From positions 122,737-186,736 of the forward strand of contig NW_018404373.1 of the NCBI RefSeq assembly GCF_002113885.1: 64,000 nt of DNA, given 5' to 3'. The notes beneath the pieces were generated by a model. The model searched no databases. It had not been told where the DNA came from and worked only from the letters and a program-made list of their open reading frames with translations. Positions 62,549 through 64,000 of this stretch are shown one piece after another. This DNA comes from Mizuhopecten yessoensis. Lineage: Eukaryota. The translations under genes were made by a program, and so were the position numbers. The first letter of the stretch is position 1, and each line of letters begins with the position of its first letter.

Positions 62549-63407
62549 GGGCGACAACACTGCGACATTCGAAACACCAAGTCATTGAGGACAATTGAGG
62601 CGACAATAGCACGATATTCAAAGCACCAAGTTATTGAACACATTTGAGGCGACAATAGCACAATATTCAAAGCACCAAGTTATTGGGGACATTTGAGGCG
62701 ACGATAGTACGATATTTAATGCATCAAGTTATTGAACACATTTGAGGCGACTATAGCACGATATTCAAAGCACCAAGTTATTGGGGACATTTGAGGCGAC
62801 AATAGCACAATATTTAATGCATCAAGTTATTGGGGATTTGAGGCGATAACACTGCGACATTCAAAACACCAAGTTATTGAGGACATTTGAGGCGACTATA
62901 GCACGATATTCAAAACACCAAGTTATTGAACACATTTGAGGCGACAATAGCACACTATTTAAAGCACCAAGTTATTGGGGACATTTGAGCCGACAATAGC
63001 ACGATATTTTAAGCATCAAGTTATTGGGGATTTGAGGCGATAACACTGCGGCATTCAAAACACCAAGTTATTGAGGACATCTGAGGCGACAATAGCACGA
63101 TATTCAAAGCACCAAGTTATTGAGGACATTTGAGGCGACAATAGCACGATATTTTAAGCACCAAGTTATTGGGGACATTTGAGGCGATAACACTGCGACA
63201 TTCAAAACACCAAGTCATTGAGGACATTTGAGGCGACAATAGCACAATATTCAAAGCACCAAGTTATTGGGGACATTTGAGGCGACAATAGCACGATATT
63301 TTAAGCACCAAGTTATTGGGGATTTGAGGCGATAACACTGCGACATTCAAAACACCAAGTCATTGAGGACATTTGAGGCGACAATAGCACAATATTCAAA
63401 GCACCAA
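62549..63407. repeat. Minisatellite, ~49-bp unit, ~17 copies
   Basis: GAGGCGACAATAGCACGATATTCAAAGCACCAAGTTATTGAGGACATTT. Confidence 0.96.
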
Positions 63408-64000
63408 AGCACTTAACATAAAGATACAGAAGACAAGACAGCCGTATGTTTAAATTCGACTAAAACTGAAGGGGTCAAAAACACGATCGTACAGCACACA
63501 ATACACTGCTCGTGTTGATATAGTTACCAGGGAAAAGGGCAACGTTTTCAAAGCAAGGTCAGCGTTCGTCTTTTCTTTGTAATGCCTGCTAAGCATATCG
63601 CAAATTTTATGTATCCGAATTAGTCTTGTTTAAGTTATAAATAAAGCGTTTAACATACGAAACGCCATCATCCTAGTCGTGACAATCCGTAAAACATGCT
63701 GCCGCCCGTCATTGTGGCGTCCAAAGGGATGTTTTATTACCTGTAGTCTCCATCCTACACCATGTAATCGTAACACACATCGTAAGTATATAGACATGGC
63801 TGAACTGTAATGTATAGATATAAGTGACGTAGTTCGCCCGACATATGTCGTATTAAATATGTAGTGAACAAATACATCTAGAATTGCATGCTTCGCTGTC
63901 GAGAGAGCGCTTCAGTCCCTGTAGCCTAATACAAATAGCCTATAGCCGAAGCGTGGCGCGCTAATGATCTAAAGGGGAAACTTCAGCTATCACAGTTGAT

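Noticed and set aside
9888-63407. CRISPR-like appearance of 25-50-bp repeats with internal palindromes
   Set aside because: Units are head-to-tail without unique spacers, there are no cas genes, and the DNA is eukaryotic with spliceosomal introns.

Overview
Eukaryotic (metazoan) genomic DNA, most likely a bivalve mollusc judging from its SINE, HINE and minisatellite types (inference). Positions 519-19868 (+) hold the last 14 coding exons of a POMGNT1 orthologue (protein O-mannose beta-1,2-N-acetylglucosaminyltransferase 1). I spliced these by hand at GT-AG sites into one open frame of 1304 nt ending in TAG; the 5' part of the gene lies upstream of the window. I can support no other protein-coding gene, and the long ORFs in the track are artefacts of tandem repeats. 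The window has about 20 minisatellite arrays, tRNA-derived SINEs, MITEs and hairpin-ended elements, plus one assembly N at 35120. Most notable observations: (1) a ~2.4-kb intronic minisatellite amplified from the splice acceptor and first ~15 codons of a POMGNT1 exon, giving dozens of decoy acceptors and a palindrome the exon itself lacks; (2) a smaller array amplified from a splice donor, giving an in-frame alternative donor; (3) three diverged retroposon copies that start with the same predicted H-type RNA pseudoknot; (4) a degenerate minimal hammerhead-ribozyme motif on the sense strand 1.5 kb past the POMGNT1 stop codon.
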